Part shown: in pieces, positions 8,100 to 15,021 of the stretch
Position numbering within the stretch: the first letter of the stretch is position 1
How the letters are laid out: every line of letters starts with the position of its first letter
DNA from: a virus
Taxonomy: Duplodnaviria > Heunggongvirae > Uroviricota > Caudoviricetes
DNA: 16,669 nt
Reading direction: 5' to 3' (one strand)
Virus record (IMG/VR): IMGVR_UViG_3300029732_000280
The notes under the pieces: model-generated
Seen by the model: only the letters and a program-made list of their open reading frames with translations
Database searches by the model: none
What the model was told of the DNA's origin: nothing
Made by a program: the position numbers and the translations under genes

Positions 8100-8137
8100 A
8101 AAAAAATACCGCACAGACACTTTTGATCTGTACGGTA
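8100..8137 (-). terminator. Intrinsic terminator of the XRE gene
   Basis: Minus strand TACCGTACAGA-N9-TCTGTGCGGTA followed by a T run, immediately after the stop codon. Confidence 0.75.
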
Positions 8138-8138
8138 C

Positions 8139-8489
8139 TTAACCAGCCATAGCCACATGACTTTCTTGGAATAAGAACGCATCAATGGTTTCTTTTACCA
8201 TCTCTTGATGCCTGGAGCTCAACTTCTCATATTTTTCTTGAATTGAAGCCGCTGTGTATTCCGGCTCTTCTTCGTCCATCAGTGCGTCCATTGAAACACC
8301 AAGGGCTTTTGCAAATTTACGCAGCAGTGTGCTGCTCATTATACCTTTCGCTCCATTCTCATACTTGGAGATGTCAGCTCGGTCAATATCCACCGCATTG
8401 CTCAAATCTGCCTGCGACCATCCCAGCCGCAATCGGTACTTTCTTATATTCTGACCCAATATATATTCTTCGCTGTGAATATCGACCAT
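8139..8489 (-). CDS. XRE-family HTH transcriptional regulator (116 aa)
   Basis: LGQNIRKYRLRLGWSQADLSNAVDIDRADISKYENG...FAKALGVSMDALM. ATG 8489 follows AAGGAGGTGA. Confidence 0.9.
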   Translation of the reverse strand: MVDIHSEEYILGQNIRKYRLRLGWSQADLSNAVDIDRADISKYENGAKGIMSSTLLRKFAKALGVSMDALMDEEEPEYTAASIQEKYEKLSSRHQEMVKETIDAFLFQESHVAMAG

Positions 8490-8654
8490 GCTGCTCACCT
8501 CCTTCATCTTTCGTACTTTTACTTGATTATATCCGGTCTAAGTTTCTTCCCGGTCTAATCCATTTTTTCAGATAACTTTTTTAATCGCTCCGGATGGGCA
8601 ACCTCCATTTCCTTTGTACTTATCCAAATGCGGTACCCTTTCGCCTTCTGTCCA

Positions 8655-8735
8655 TAAACGACAAAAAGACCGGAGCAAATAAAGATTCAAGTGCATCGAA
8701 TGCTACAATACTTGTTTCTTTATTTACTCCGGTCT
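8655..8735 (-). terminator. Long terminator-like hairpin with tail TTTTTGTCGTTTA
   Basis: 19-bp inverted repeat 8667-8685/8717-8735 (one G-U on the minus strand) with inner stems CAAGT/ACTTG and GCAT/ATGC. Confidence 0.6.
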
Positions 8736-9216
8736 ACAGATTCTTTTATCTATATGTACCGGCATGTACCAGATTGATAGTTACTTTTCAACCTCAAACA
8801 AGCGCACTTCGACCCAACAAATTAGTAAAAATTCATTTAAACTATTTAATAGATTTTCCTGCGGCACTATGCCGCCAATTCAACAGTAAATAAATAATTA
8901 ATTTTACTAAATATGTAATCTTTGTACGCCGTTCGCTCACCCAATTATCTGGTGAGCATTGTGGCATCAATCAACTATCTTTCCCAGTACACCTCCTATA
9001 TGACTACGATTTCGATATATTTATATAATCATATTTTTCCACAATTTGTGGTAAATTTGATTATATCAGATATAATTCCGTCCGTAAATAGGCTCTGGAA
9101 AATTTTGTCATATAATTCAGAAGCAAGTCGTTTTTTTGTGCATTTTGCCAGTAAAATCTCTGACAGCCATCTTTTCTTCTCTGGCTGCTGCAACTATCAT
9201 TGGTACTTTTTCTCTG

Positions 9217-9269
9217 TAAACGACAAAAAGAGCCGAAGGCCATGGTCATACAACCACAATCTTCGGCTC
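9217..9269 (-). terminator. Terminator-like hairpin with tail TTTTTGTCGTTTA
   Basis: GAGCCGAAG/CTTCGGCTC perfect 9-bp stem (9230-9238/9261-9269), 24 nt after the small gene's stop codon. Confidence 0.65.
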
Positions 9270-9293
9270 CTATTAGCCCTTCATCGAATCCAA

Positions 9294-9500
9294 TTATCCG
9301 ATGGATATACTCTTTTTCACTTCATACACGGCTAGCTTTCCATTGCTGCGCTGCCTGACTTCAGCATTGTTACCCCGGCTCGTAATCTCCCGTATGGTTT
9401 TCATAATGAATGCATCATCATTCATTGTGCTAGCAGATACTTCATGTACACGGCTGTTATGTGAGGAATAACCACACCTGCTCTGTTCAAGTTCTTTCAT
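9294..9500 (-). CDS. Small hypothetical protein (68 aa; alternative start 9425 gives 43 aa)
   Basis: ATG 9500 follows AAAGGGGTG. The C-terminal IREITSRGNNAEVRQRSNGKLAVYEVKK looks like a compact alpha-beta-beta domain. Confidence 0.6.
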   Translation of the reverse strand: MKELEQSRCGYSSHNSRVHEVSASTMNDDAFIMKTIREITSRGNNAEVRQRSNGKLAVYEVKKSISIG

Positions 9501-9523
9501 TACCAACTGCACCCCTTTCCGGA

Positions 9524-10405
9524 TCAGATGTCAAAGAGTTTCTGCTCCCAATCGCTTTCTGATTCTTCCACAGTGTCTTCTTCAGCCTTCGACTCATCAT
9601 CTTCTATCGGTGTAAAAACAGTCCCGACATTTGGACGCCCCACCAATGGGAAAACATATTCTTCTTCCACCTTGTTTTCATCAAGATTTACCAAAATAAG
9701 AGAAAACACATCCTTGAACTTTATATTCTCGAGTGTTTCCACCATTCGGTCATATACTTCCCGGTTGGTGAGAACGAAGCTCATCTTTTTCGGATTCATA
9801 GTCCCAACATAGTAAAGACCTAAGACCATCAGAAACTTCTGACGCAGCTTCATCACGGTATGCGCCACACTGTTTTTTTCCAACATTGTGTGCCAGATTT
9901 CGAATTCCCAAATCTCCATCTCGCCACTATCGGAATTGGCATCCGTTGATATAACCCAGTCTGTCCGATAACGGTAATTAAGAGCATTGTGTTTATTTTC
10001 ACCCTCTAATATTGAAGTCCTGTAACCCCTATCTTCCAGCTCTTTAAATATTATATCCGTAATGCTTTTTTCTGTAGCTTCAAATTCTTTGCTCGTATAC
10101 TTTCCCGTCATCCGGCGTGGTACTTTTCCGTTTGCGTCCATCAGGATTTCAAAAGTAATTCCACTTTCCGGGTCCGAGTTCTGTGCCACTTTCTGGATCA
10201 GCTCATCCGTGCAGGCCCCAGAAGTTTTCATGTTAACTATTCTTGAAAGCGTTGATGGATTCACTCCGCAATCAAGAGCAAACTGCCGCATACTGCGGCT
10301 TGCTCCTTTTGCTCTAATGAGCAACTCTGCTAATTTCTCTTTCTCCGGCGGGCGAATGCGAATATAATTCGCGAGCTCCGTCATGTCAATTTTTCTATCG
10401 CTCAT
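9524..10405 (-). CDS. XRE-like HTH protein with a C-terminal restriction-endonuclease-like domain
   Basis: HTH SMRQFALDCGVNPSTLSRIVN. The C-terminal half has E..I.DII..L..RGY, RTDWVI and WEFEIW. RBS AGGAG. Confidence 0.72.
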   Translation of the reverse strand: MSDRKIDMTELANYIRIRPPEKEKLAELLIRAKGASRSMRQFALDCGVNPSTLSRIVNMKTSGACTDELIQKVAQNSDPESGITFEILMDANGKVPRRMTGKYTSKEFEATEKSITDIIFKELEDRGYRTSILEGENKHNALNYRYRTDWVISTDANSDSGEMEIWEFEIWHTMLEKNSVAHTVMKLRQKFLMVLGLYYVGTMNPKKMSFVLTNREVYDRMVETLENIKFKDVFSLILVNLDENKVEEEYVFPLVGRPNVGTVFTPIEDDESKAEEDTVEESESDWEQKLFDI

Positions 10406-10453
10406 GCTTCATCTCCTGCAAATCAAGCGCGCTATGTTGCTTGTGTTGCGTAT

Positions 10454-10482
10454 ATTGTACCACTCCATGATTCGTATGTCAA
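10454..10482 (-). promoter_or_regulatory. Sigma-A promoter (leftward, proximal)
   Basis: TTGACA-17 bp-TACAAT with an extended TG; flanked by inverted repeat TTGCGTATAT/ATATACGCAA. Confidence 0.75.
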
Positions 10483-10548
10483 TATATACGCAATATTTAT
10501 TGCTTGTTTTGCTTAATGCTTTTTATTTATTTTCAGACAGTTTCCCTC

Positions 10549-10577
10549 TTGACTTCTACAACCTACTATTGTATTAT
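10549..10577 (+). promoter_or_regulatory. Sigma-A promoter (rightward) for the XRE-ImmA-Y polymerase operon
   Basis: TTGACT-17 bp-TATTAT. Confidence 0.7.
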
Positions 10578-10579
10578 AG

Positions 10580-10628
10580 GAACAGAAGTTCACGAACTGT
10601 TGTTCTTAGTATATAGGAACAGTTGTTC
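10580..10628. promoter_or_regulatory. Three GAAC-N4-GTTC boxes (Gram-positive LexA/Cheo-box consensus)
   Basis: GAACAGAAGTTC 10580-10591, GAACTGTTGTTC 10594-10605, GAACAGTTGTTC 10617-10628. Confidence 0.75.
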
Positions 10629-10636
10629 CTTGTCAA
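10608..10636 (-). promoter_or_regulatory. Sigma-A promoter (leftward, distal), face-to-face with the rightward promoter
   Basis: TTGACA-17 bp-TATACT; the spacer contains box 3. Confidence 0.75.
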
Positions 10637-10647
10637 GTAGGCTTTAC

Positions 10648-10701
10648 AAAAAAAATTGCTGCTTCTCACCGGCAACTTTCCCTTCCGGCAAGAAACAGCA
10701 A
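10648..10701 (-). terminator. Antisense-oriented terminator-like hairpin in the 5' UTR of the rightward operon
   Basis: Minus strand TTGCTGTTTCTTGCCGG-loop-CCGGTGAGAAGCAGCAA followed by T8; three G-U pairs exist only on the minus strand. Confidence 0.55.
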
Positions 10702-10724
10702 AATATCCCACATGGAGGCATGAC

Positions 10725-11219
10725 ATGAAAAAAGATACGAACTTACTAGACACACAGGATGTCCGGGCTGAAGCAGCCACCGCACTTACACCGAATGCGA
10801 CCAACGGTGAAAAGATCAAAGCTCTGCGAACCGCACAAGGTATGAGCATGACCGAACTCTCCAGACGAGCATCCATGTCTGATCGTGCCATCCGCTATAT
10901 CGAAGCCGGCGAGCGCGAACCAAGTGTGGACGCAATCCAGAAGATTGCCGCTGCTCTTGGTGTCACGACCGACTACTTTATGGATGATGCCACCTTCCAG
11001 AAGGAACTCAGCGATGACCAATTCTACGCTGACGTCCGTAAGAAGTATGGCTCCCGCGGTGTAGCGCAGGCAAAGAAAATAAAAGAACAGACCTCTGCCC
11101 TTTTTGCAGGCGGCGAGCTGTCCGAAGAAGATCAGGCTAATTTTATTAAAGAAATGGAAGCCCTCTTCCTTGACGCAAAAGAAGAGGCAAAAAAGTTTAC
11201 TCCTAAAAAATATCTGTAA
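10725..11219 (+). CDS. XRE-family repressor (ImmR-like, 164 aa)
   Basis: GEKIKALRTAQGMSMTELSRRASMSDRAIRYIEAGEREPSVDAIQKIAAALGVTTDYF. ATG 10725 follows GGAGG. Confidence 0.9.
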   Translation: MKKDTNLLDTQDVRAEAATALTPNATNGEKIKALRTAQGMSMTELSRRASMSDRAIRYIEAGEREPSVDAIQKIAAALGVTTDYFMDDATFQKELSDDQFYADVRKKYGSRGVAQAKKIKEQTSALFAGGELSEEDQANFIKEMEALFLDAKEEAKKFTPKKYL

Positions 11220-11246
11220 TTGACTTACAGGGGAAAGGAGTCGCTG

Positions 11247-11912
11247 TTGGACAACTTTGCTATTACTGCCGCCGACGCTGTAAGCCGCCGATACAAGAGC
11301 AATGACCCAGAAGCTATCATTGCCCAGCGCACCATTAAAATTAAAGACATCCGGTTCTGCGAAGAGCTCCTTGGGTTTTACACGGTTCTTCTAAATTGCG
11401 AATACATCGGCATCAATCCAAACTGCTCAAAGCAACAACGCAGATCCGCACTGGCTCACGAACTTGGGCACGCCATTTTCGACCGGAAACATGCGGCATC
11501 CGGTCAGGCTTTCCAAGATACATATTTTTATAGTCTCAGCAATGCAAAAGCAGAACGCAGAGCGAATACGTTTGCTGCTGAACTGCTGTTGTCAGATGAT
11601 GATGTGCTGAAACCAATCGGCTTCTATGAATTCAATGCCGACAGGCTTCAGATGGAGGCTTCTCTGCCAACCCACTGCTCCAGCACATACCGTGCCTTGA
11701 AATACCACGAGCTTCTGCAGGACTTTCAATACACGCATACAGGATTCGCCACCCTTGAGGAGATCGCACAGGTGGCTGGAATCGAAAAAAACTTTGTTGA
11801 TTTTAAACTGAACATTCTTATTGCAAAAGGATACCAGCTTCCCGCTGTGCCGGAGCTTCAGAGCAACTTTCTGAAGGATTCCATGAAGAATTGCTCTAAG
11901 TGCTACGATTAA
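11247..11912 (+). CDS. ImmA/IrrE-family Zn metallopeptidase (antirepressor-like)
   Basis: ALAHELGH (HExxH) and ERRANTFAAELL. TTG 11247 follows AAAGGAG; adjacent to the XRE gene. Confidence 0.88.
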   Translation: MDNFAITAADAVSRRYKSNDPEAIIAQRTIKIKDIRFCEELLGFYTVLLNCEYIGINPNCSKQQRRSALAHELGHAIFDRKHAASGQAFQDTYFYSLSNAKAERRANTFAAELLLSDDDVLKPIGFYEFNADRLQMEASLPTHCSSTYRALKYHELLQDFQYTHTGFATLEEIAQVAGIEKNFVDFKLNILIAKGYQLPAVPELQSNFLKDSMKNCSKCYD

Positions 11913-11930
11913 ACATGGAGGTGACTGCTT

Positions 11931-12203
11931 ATGACAAAAGAACGAGTCTATGTAAAGGTATCCTCTGACTTTGATTCTACCGGCTATATGCAGCCGACAT
12001 CGATTACCTGGTCGGATGGACGTACCTTCCCAATCGAAACAGTGCGCGACTTCCGCCCCGCCGGGACTGCTGACAACGGTTATTCCGGTGACTGCTTCAC
12101 CGTACTCATTCAGGGGCAGGAGAAGCACCTGTTCTTTGAGCACCTGGATTCACGCTTCAATGGACGGTTAGGCCGATGGTTCGTTGAGAGATCTGGACAT
12201 TAA
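11931..12203 (+). CDS. Hypothetical beta-rich protein upstream of the Y-family polymerase
   Basis: 90 aa, RBS GGAGGTG, motifs PTSITWSDGRTF and GRWFVE. Confidence 0.75.
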   Translation: MTKERVYVKVSSDFDSTGYMQPTSITWSDGRTFPIETVRDFRPAGTADNGYSGDCFTVLIQGQEKHLFFEHLDSRFNGRLGRWFVERSGH

Positions 12204-12247
12204 CAGCAATATAACAAGGACACAGTCGGAAAGGAGGTAATTGCACG

Positions 12248-13720
12248 ATGCAACGCACATACCTTGCGATAGATCTTAAAAGCTATTACGCGAGTGCGGA
12301 ATGCGCCGCTCGACACCTCGACCCGCTTACCACAAATTTGGTCGTGGCAGATTCCTCCCGAACTGAGAAAACCATCTGCCTCGCTGTATCCCCTTCCCTG
12401 AAAGCCTATGGCATTCCGGGGCGTGCCAGACTATTCGAGGTCGTGCAGAAGGTCAAAGAGGTCAATGCGAATCGGTTAAGGGAAGCGGTACGATTAAGAA
12501 AAGCTGTGTATAAGGACGGTAAGCCATCCTTCTCCTCTGCTTCCTATGATTCCTTATCGCTTGCCGCCGACCCGTCACTCGAACTCTCTTACCTTGTTGC
12601 GCCGCCCCGGATGGCATATTATGAAAAAGTGTCGCGGCAGATTTATGGCATCTATCTGAAATACATCGCACCAGAGGACATTGTGGTATATTCCATCGAC
12701 GAGGTGTTCATCGATGCCACCTCGTACCTGTCCCACTATAATATGACAGCACACGACCTTGCCATGACAATAATCCGGGAAGTACTTTATACGACTGGCA
12801 TCACTGCCACCGCCGGGATTGGTACCAATCTATATCTGGCGAAGCTGGCAATGGACATCACTGCCAAACACGCTGCGCCTGACAAGGACAGAGTCCGCAT
12901 CGCTGAACTGGATGAAGAGAGCTTCCGCTATCTTCTCTGGGATCACAAGCCGCTCACAGACTTCTGGATGACTGGTCCCGGCACCGTCAAACGGCTAGAA
13001 AAGCACGGCATCCATACGATGGGCGAGCTGGCCTATTTCAGCACCGTCAATCAGGATATCTTATATAAGGAATTCGGTGTTGATGCTGAACTTCTGATTG
13101 ATCATGCTTGGGGTCTGGAACCCTGCGGCATGAAAGAAATCAAAGCCTACCGCCCCAGCACCAACAGTATCTCCGAGGGACAGGTACTCTCCTGCCCTTA
13201 CCCATATGACAAAGCCAGAATCATTGTCATGGAGATGGCTGACAGCTTAGTATTACAATTAACAGATAAAGGACTGGTTACGGACAGCCTGACACTGGAT
13301 GTGTGCTATGACCGTGAAAACTGTGACAGCGGAAAGTACAGAGGTCCGGTGCATATCGACCACTATGGCCGCACTGTTCCGAAGGGTGCTCATGGCAGCA
13401 CAAAACTGGATAATCCGACCAACCTCGGAAGCATCCTGATCTCTGCCACAACTGAGCTGTTTGAGAGAATAGCGGATAAAACCCTGACGGTAAGACGGAT
13501 CACAATAGCCGCCAACCGTGTGGTCAAAGATGAGGGATTCTTCCAAGTTGACCTATTCACGGACACAACCAAACTGGAAAAAGAGAAAAAGCTACAGAAT
13601 GCGATGCTGGGTCTCAAGAAGAAGTTCGGCAAGAACGCTGTACTAAAAGGAACCAACTATCTGGACGGCGCTACGATGAGAGAAAGAAATCAACAGATAG
13701 GCGGCCACAAGGCCAAGTGA
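12248..13720 (+). CDS. Y-family (UmuC/DinB/ImpB-like) translesion DNA polymerase
   Basis: IDLKSYYASAEC, YSIDEVFID, ATAGIGTNLYLAKLA, HhH-like DFWMTGPGT, and the C-terminal clamp-binding motif QVDLF. Confidence 0.92.
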   Translation: MQRTYLAIDLKSYYASAECAARHLDPLTTNLVVADSSRTEKTICLAVSPSLKAYGIPGRARLFEVVQKVKEVNANRLREAVRLRKAVYKDGKPSFSSASYDSLSLAADPSLELSYLVAPPRMAYYEKVSRQIYGIYLKYIAPEDIVVYSIDEVFIDATSYLSHYNMTAHDLAMTIIREVLYTTGITATAGIGTNLYLAKLAMDITAKHAAPDKDRVRIAELDEESFRYLLWDHKPLTDFWMTGPGTVKRLEKHGIHTMGELAYFSTVNQDILYKEFGVDAELLIDHAWGLEPCGMKEIKAYRPSTNSISEGQVLSCPYPYDKARIIVMEMADSLVLQLTDKGLVTDSLTLDVCYDRENCDSGKYRGPVHIDHYGRTVPKGAHGSTKLDNPTNLGSILISATTELFERIADKTLTVRRITIAANRVVKDEGFFQVDLFTDTTKLEKEKKLQNAMLGLKKKFGKNAVLKGTNYLDGATMRERNQQIGGHKAK

Positions 13721-13731
13721 GGGGGGAGAAC

Positions 13732-14184
13732 ATGGACTACAAGAACACACCGGAAGGCAGATCCGTCCAAAGTAAGTATGGCAAAATACTCCATGCTTCC
13801 CGCCCGGAGCCGCCACATAATCATCCCCGGATGCCGATGTCAAATCGCGCTAAAATCTTCTCTCCTTTTGCCGCCTTACGAGGCTATGAGGATGAGATTG
13901 CTTCTGAAGGCAGAGATCATCTCAAAGGAAACAGAATCGAGCTGTCTGAAGAAGGCAAGCAAGCTCTGAGCCAAAAGATCAGCCAGCTTCGAAAAGGACA
14001 AGAGCTCACAATAAAATATTTCACGGACGGCTACTATGAGAATATAACCGGAATACTGGATGCTGTGGATGCGATAACTAAAGAACTACGAATTTACACA
14101 GGATTTATAAATGATACCGGCAAAGAGCTGCCGACCATTATTGCATTTGAGGATATCTTAGAGATTGGGGTGAATATGACTTGA
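13732..14184 (+). CDS. YolD-like protein
   Basis: RMPMSNRAKIFSPFAALRGY, directly downstream of the Y-family polymerase. ATG 13732. Confidence 0.82.
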   Translation: MDYKNTPEGRSVQSKYGKILHASRPEPPHNHPRMPMSNRAKIFSPFAALRGYEDEIASEGRDHLKGNRIELSEEGKQALSQKISQLRKGQELTIKYFTDGYYENITGILDAVDAITKELRIYTGFINDTGKELPTIIAFEDILEIGVNMT

Positions 14185-14360
14185 ACTACTACTTTTGCGA
14201 TGCCTGCCATTACTGCTTTGAAGCTGGAGAGCTTCCAGACCGTTGTCCTGACTGTGGAGCGGTAGCACACGATAATAAAAAGGCAGTACGGCCGGCGAGT
14301 AAAACGGAAATAGCAGAATTGCTTAGAATACGGAAAGAAGATAAGGAGGACACAAAATGA
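14181..14360 (+). CDS. 59-aa rubredoxin-like / Zn-ribbon microprotein (not in the ORF track)
   Basis: TTG start overlaps the yolD stop and its own stop overlaps the next ATG. MNYYFCDACHYCFEAGELPDRCPDCGAVAHDNKKAVRPASKTEIAELLRIRKEDKEDTK carries CxxC...CPxCG. Confidence 0.75.
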   Translation: MNYYFCDACHYCFEAGELPDRCPDCGAVAHDNKKAVRPASKTEIAELLRIRKEDKEDTK

Positions 14361-14548
14361 AAGCACATAAATATTGGTCACTCGGCGCACTTGCCTGCAT
14401 GGCAGGATGCTTCTACACGGGCTGCAAGAAACTGATGCAGGCTCACAAGTATTTCGCTTGTGGCACTCTGGTCTGCATGGGCATGGCAATCTACTCCGGC
14501 CACAAAATTGCACCTAAAAAGAAAAAAGCTGAAAAAAACGAAGAATAA
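14357..14548 (+). CDS. Small membrane protein with an internal tandem duplication (DUF6219-like)
   Basis: Two units, MKAHKYWSLGALACMAGCFYTG and MQAHKYFACGTLVCMGMAIYSG; RBS AAGGAGG; basic tail. Confidence 0.7.
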   Translation: MKAHKYWSLGALACMAGCFYTGCKKLMQAHKYFACGTLVCMGMAIYSGHKIAPKKKKAEKNEE

Positions 14549-14556
14549 GAACACAC

Positions 14557-14586
14557 GCCCTCGCCGTAACAAGCGAGGGCTTTTTT
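14557..14586 (+). terminator. Intrinsic terminator of the rightward operon
   Basis: GCCCTCGC-CGTAACAA-GCGAGGGC-TTTTTT. Confidence 0.85.
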
Positions 14587-14613
14587 GAACTCTAGGAGTT
14601 CATTTTATTTCCG

Positions 14614-14961
14614 TCACAAACTACACACTTCCATCATGAGTCGTATCCCGACTTTCAGACCTTCCTCAAAAGCGGTCTTCTCCCATGCACAGCACACCGT
14701 TCCCTGCCGGCCCATGATCTTCTCCCAGAGTGGAATCTTTTCTCCGACGTAATCATCTACGAGCCTATCCATTCCTTCCAGTCCTCGCAGCCACTCTTCC
14801 AGTTCTTTTTCCTTGGTCTTTGCGGCTTTCCCGGCAACTGTGTTTTTCTCTACTGGGTTGTTCTCTGTATAATGTTCGTAGATCAGATCCAGCAGATTCT
14901 CCACTGGTGGATAATACTCTGGTTTCGTTTTCTTCAAATACTCCTCCAGCATCTCCTTCAA
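14614..14961 (-). CDS. Hypothetical protein
   Basis: 115-aa ORF (start uncertain) with a helical C-terminus AFEEGLKVGIRLMMEV. Confidence 0.65.
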   Translation of the reverse strand: MKEMLEEYLKKTKPEYYPPVENLLDLIYEHYTENNPVEKNTVAGKAAKTKEKELEEWLRGLEGMDRLVDDYVGEKIPLWEKIMGRQGTVCCAWEKTAFEEGLKVGIRLMMEVCSL

Positions 14962-15021
14962 TTTTTCTATAATGCTACCATCCTTCCCAACTGAGATTCA
15001 CATCCTCAGTTACGGCACATA

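Noticed and set aside
8594..9335. Track ORFs 8594..8893 (+), 8922..9335 (+), 9061..9249 (-) and a 27-codon ORF 9117..9200 (-)
   Set aside because: They have no convincing RBS or protein-like motifs, and most overlap hairpin or promoter elements.
9527..9545. C-terminal QKLF of the 293-aa protein as a beta-clamp motif
   Set aside because: The spacing does not fit QxxLF, unlike QVDLF in the Y-polymerase.
12248..13720. 'DNA methylase' label sometimes attached to this family
   Set aside because: There are no methyltransferase motifs, and the Y-family polymerase motifs are clear.
14986..15011. Hairpin AACTGA..TCAGTT with a GTGA loop on the minus strand as a terminator
   Set aside because: It has no U-tract, so its function cannot be supported.
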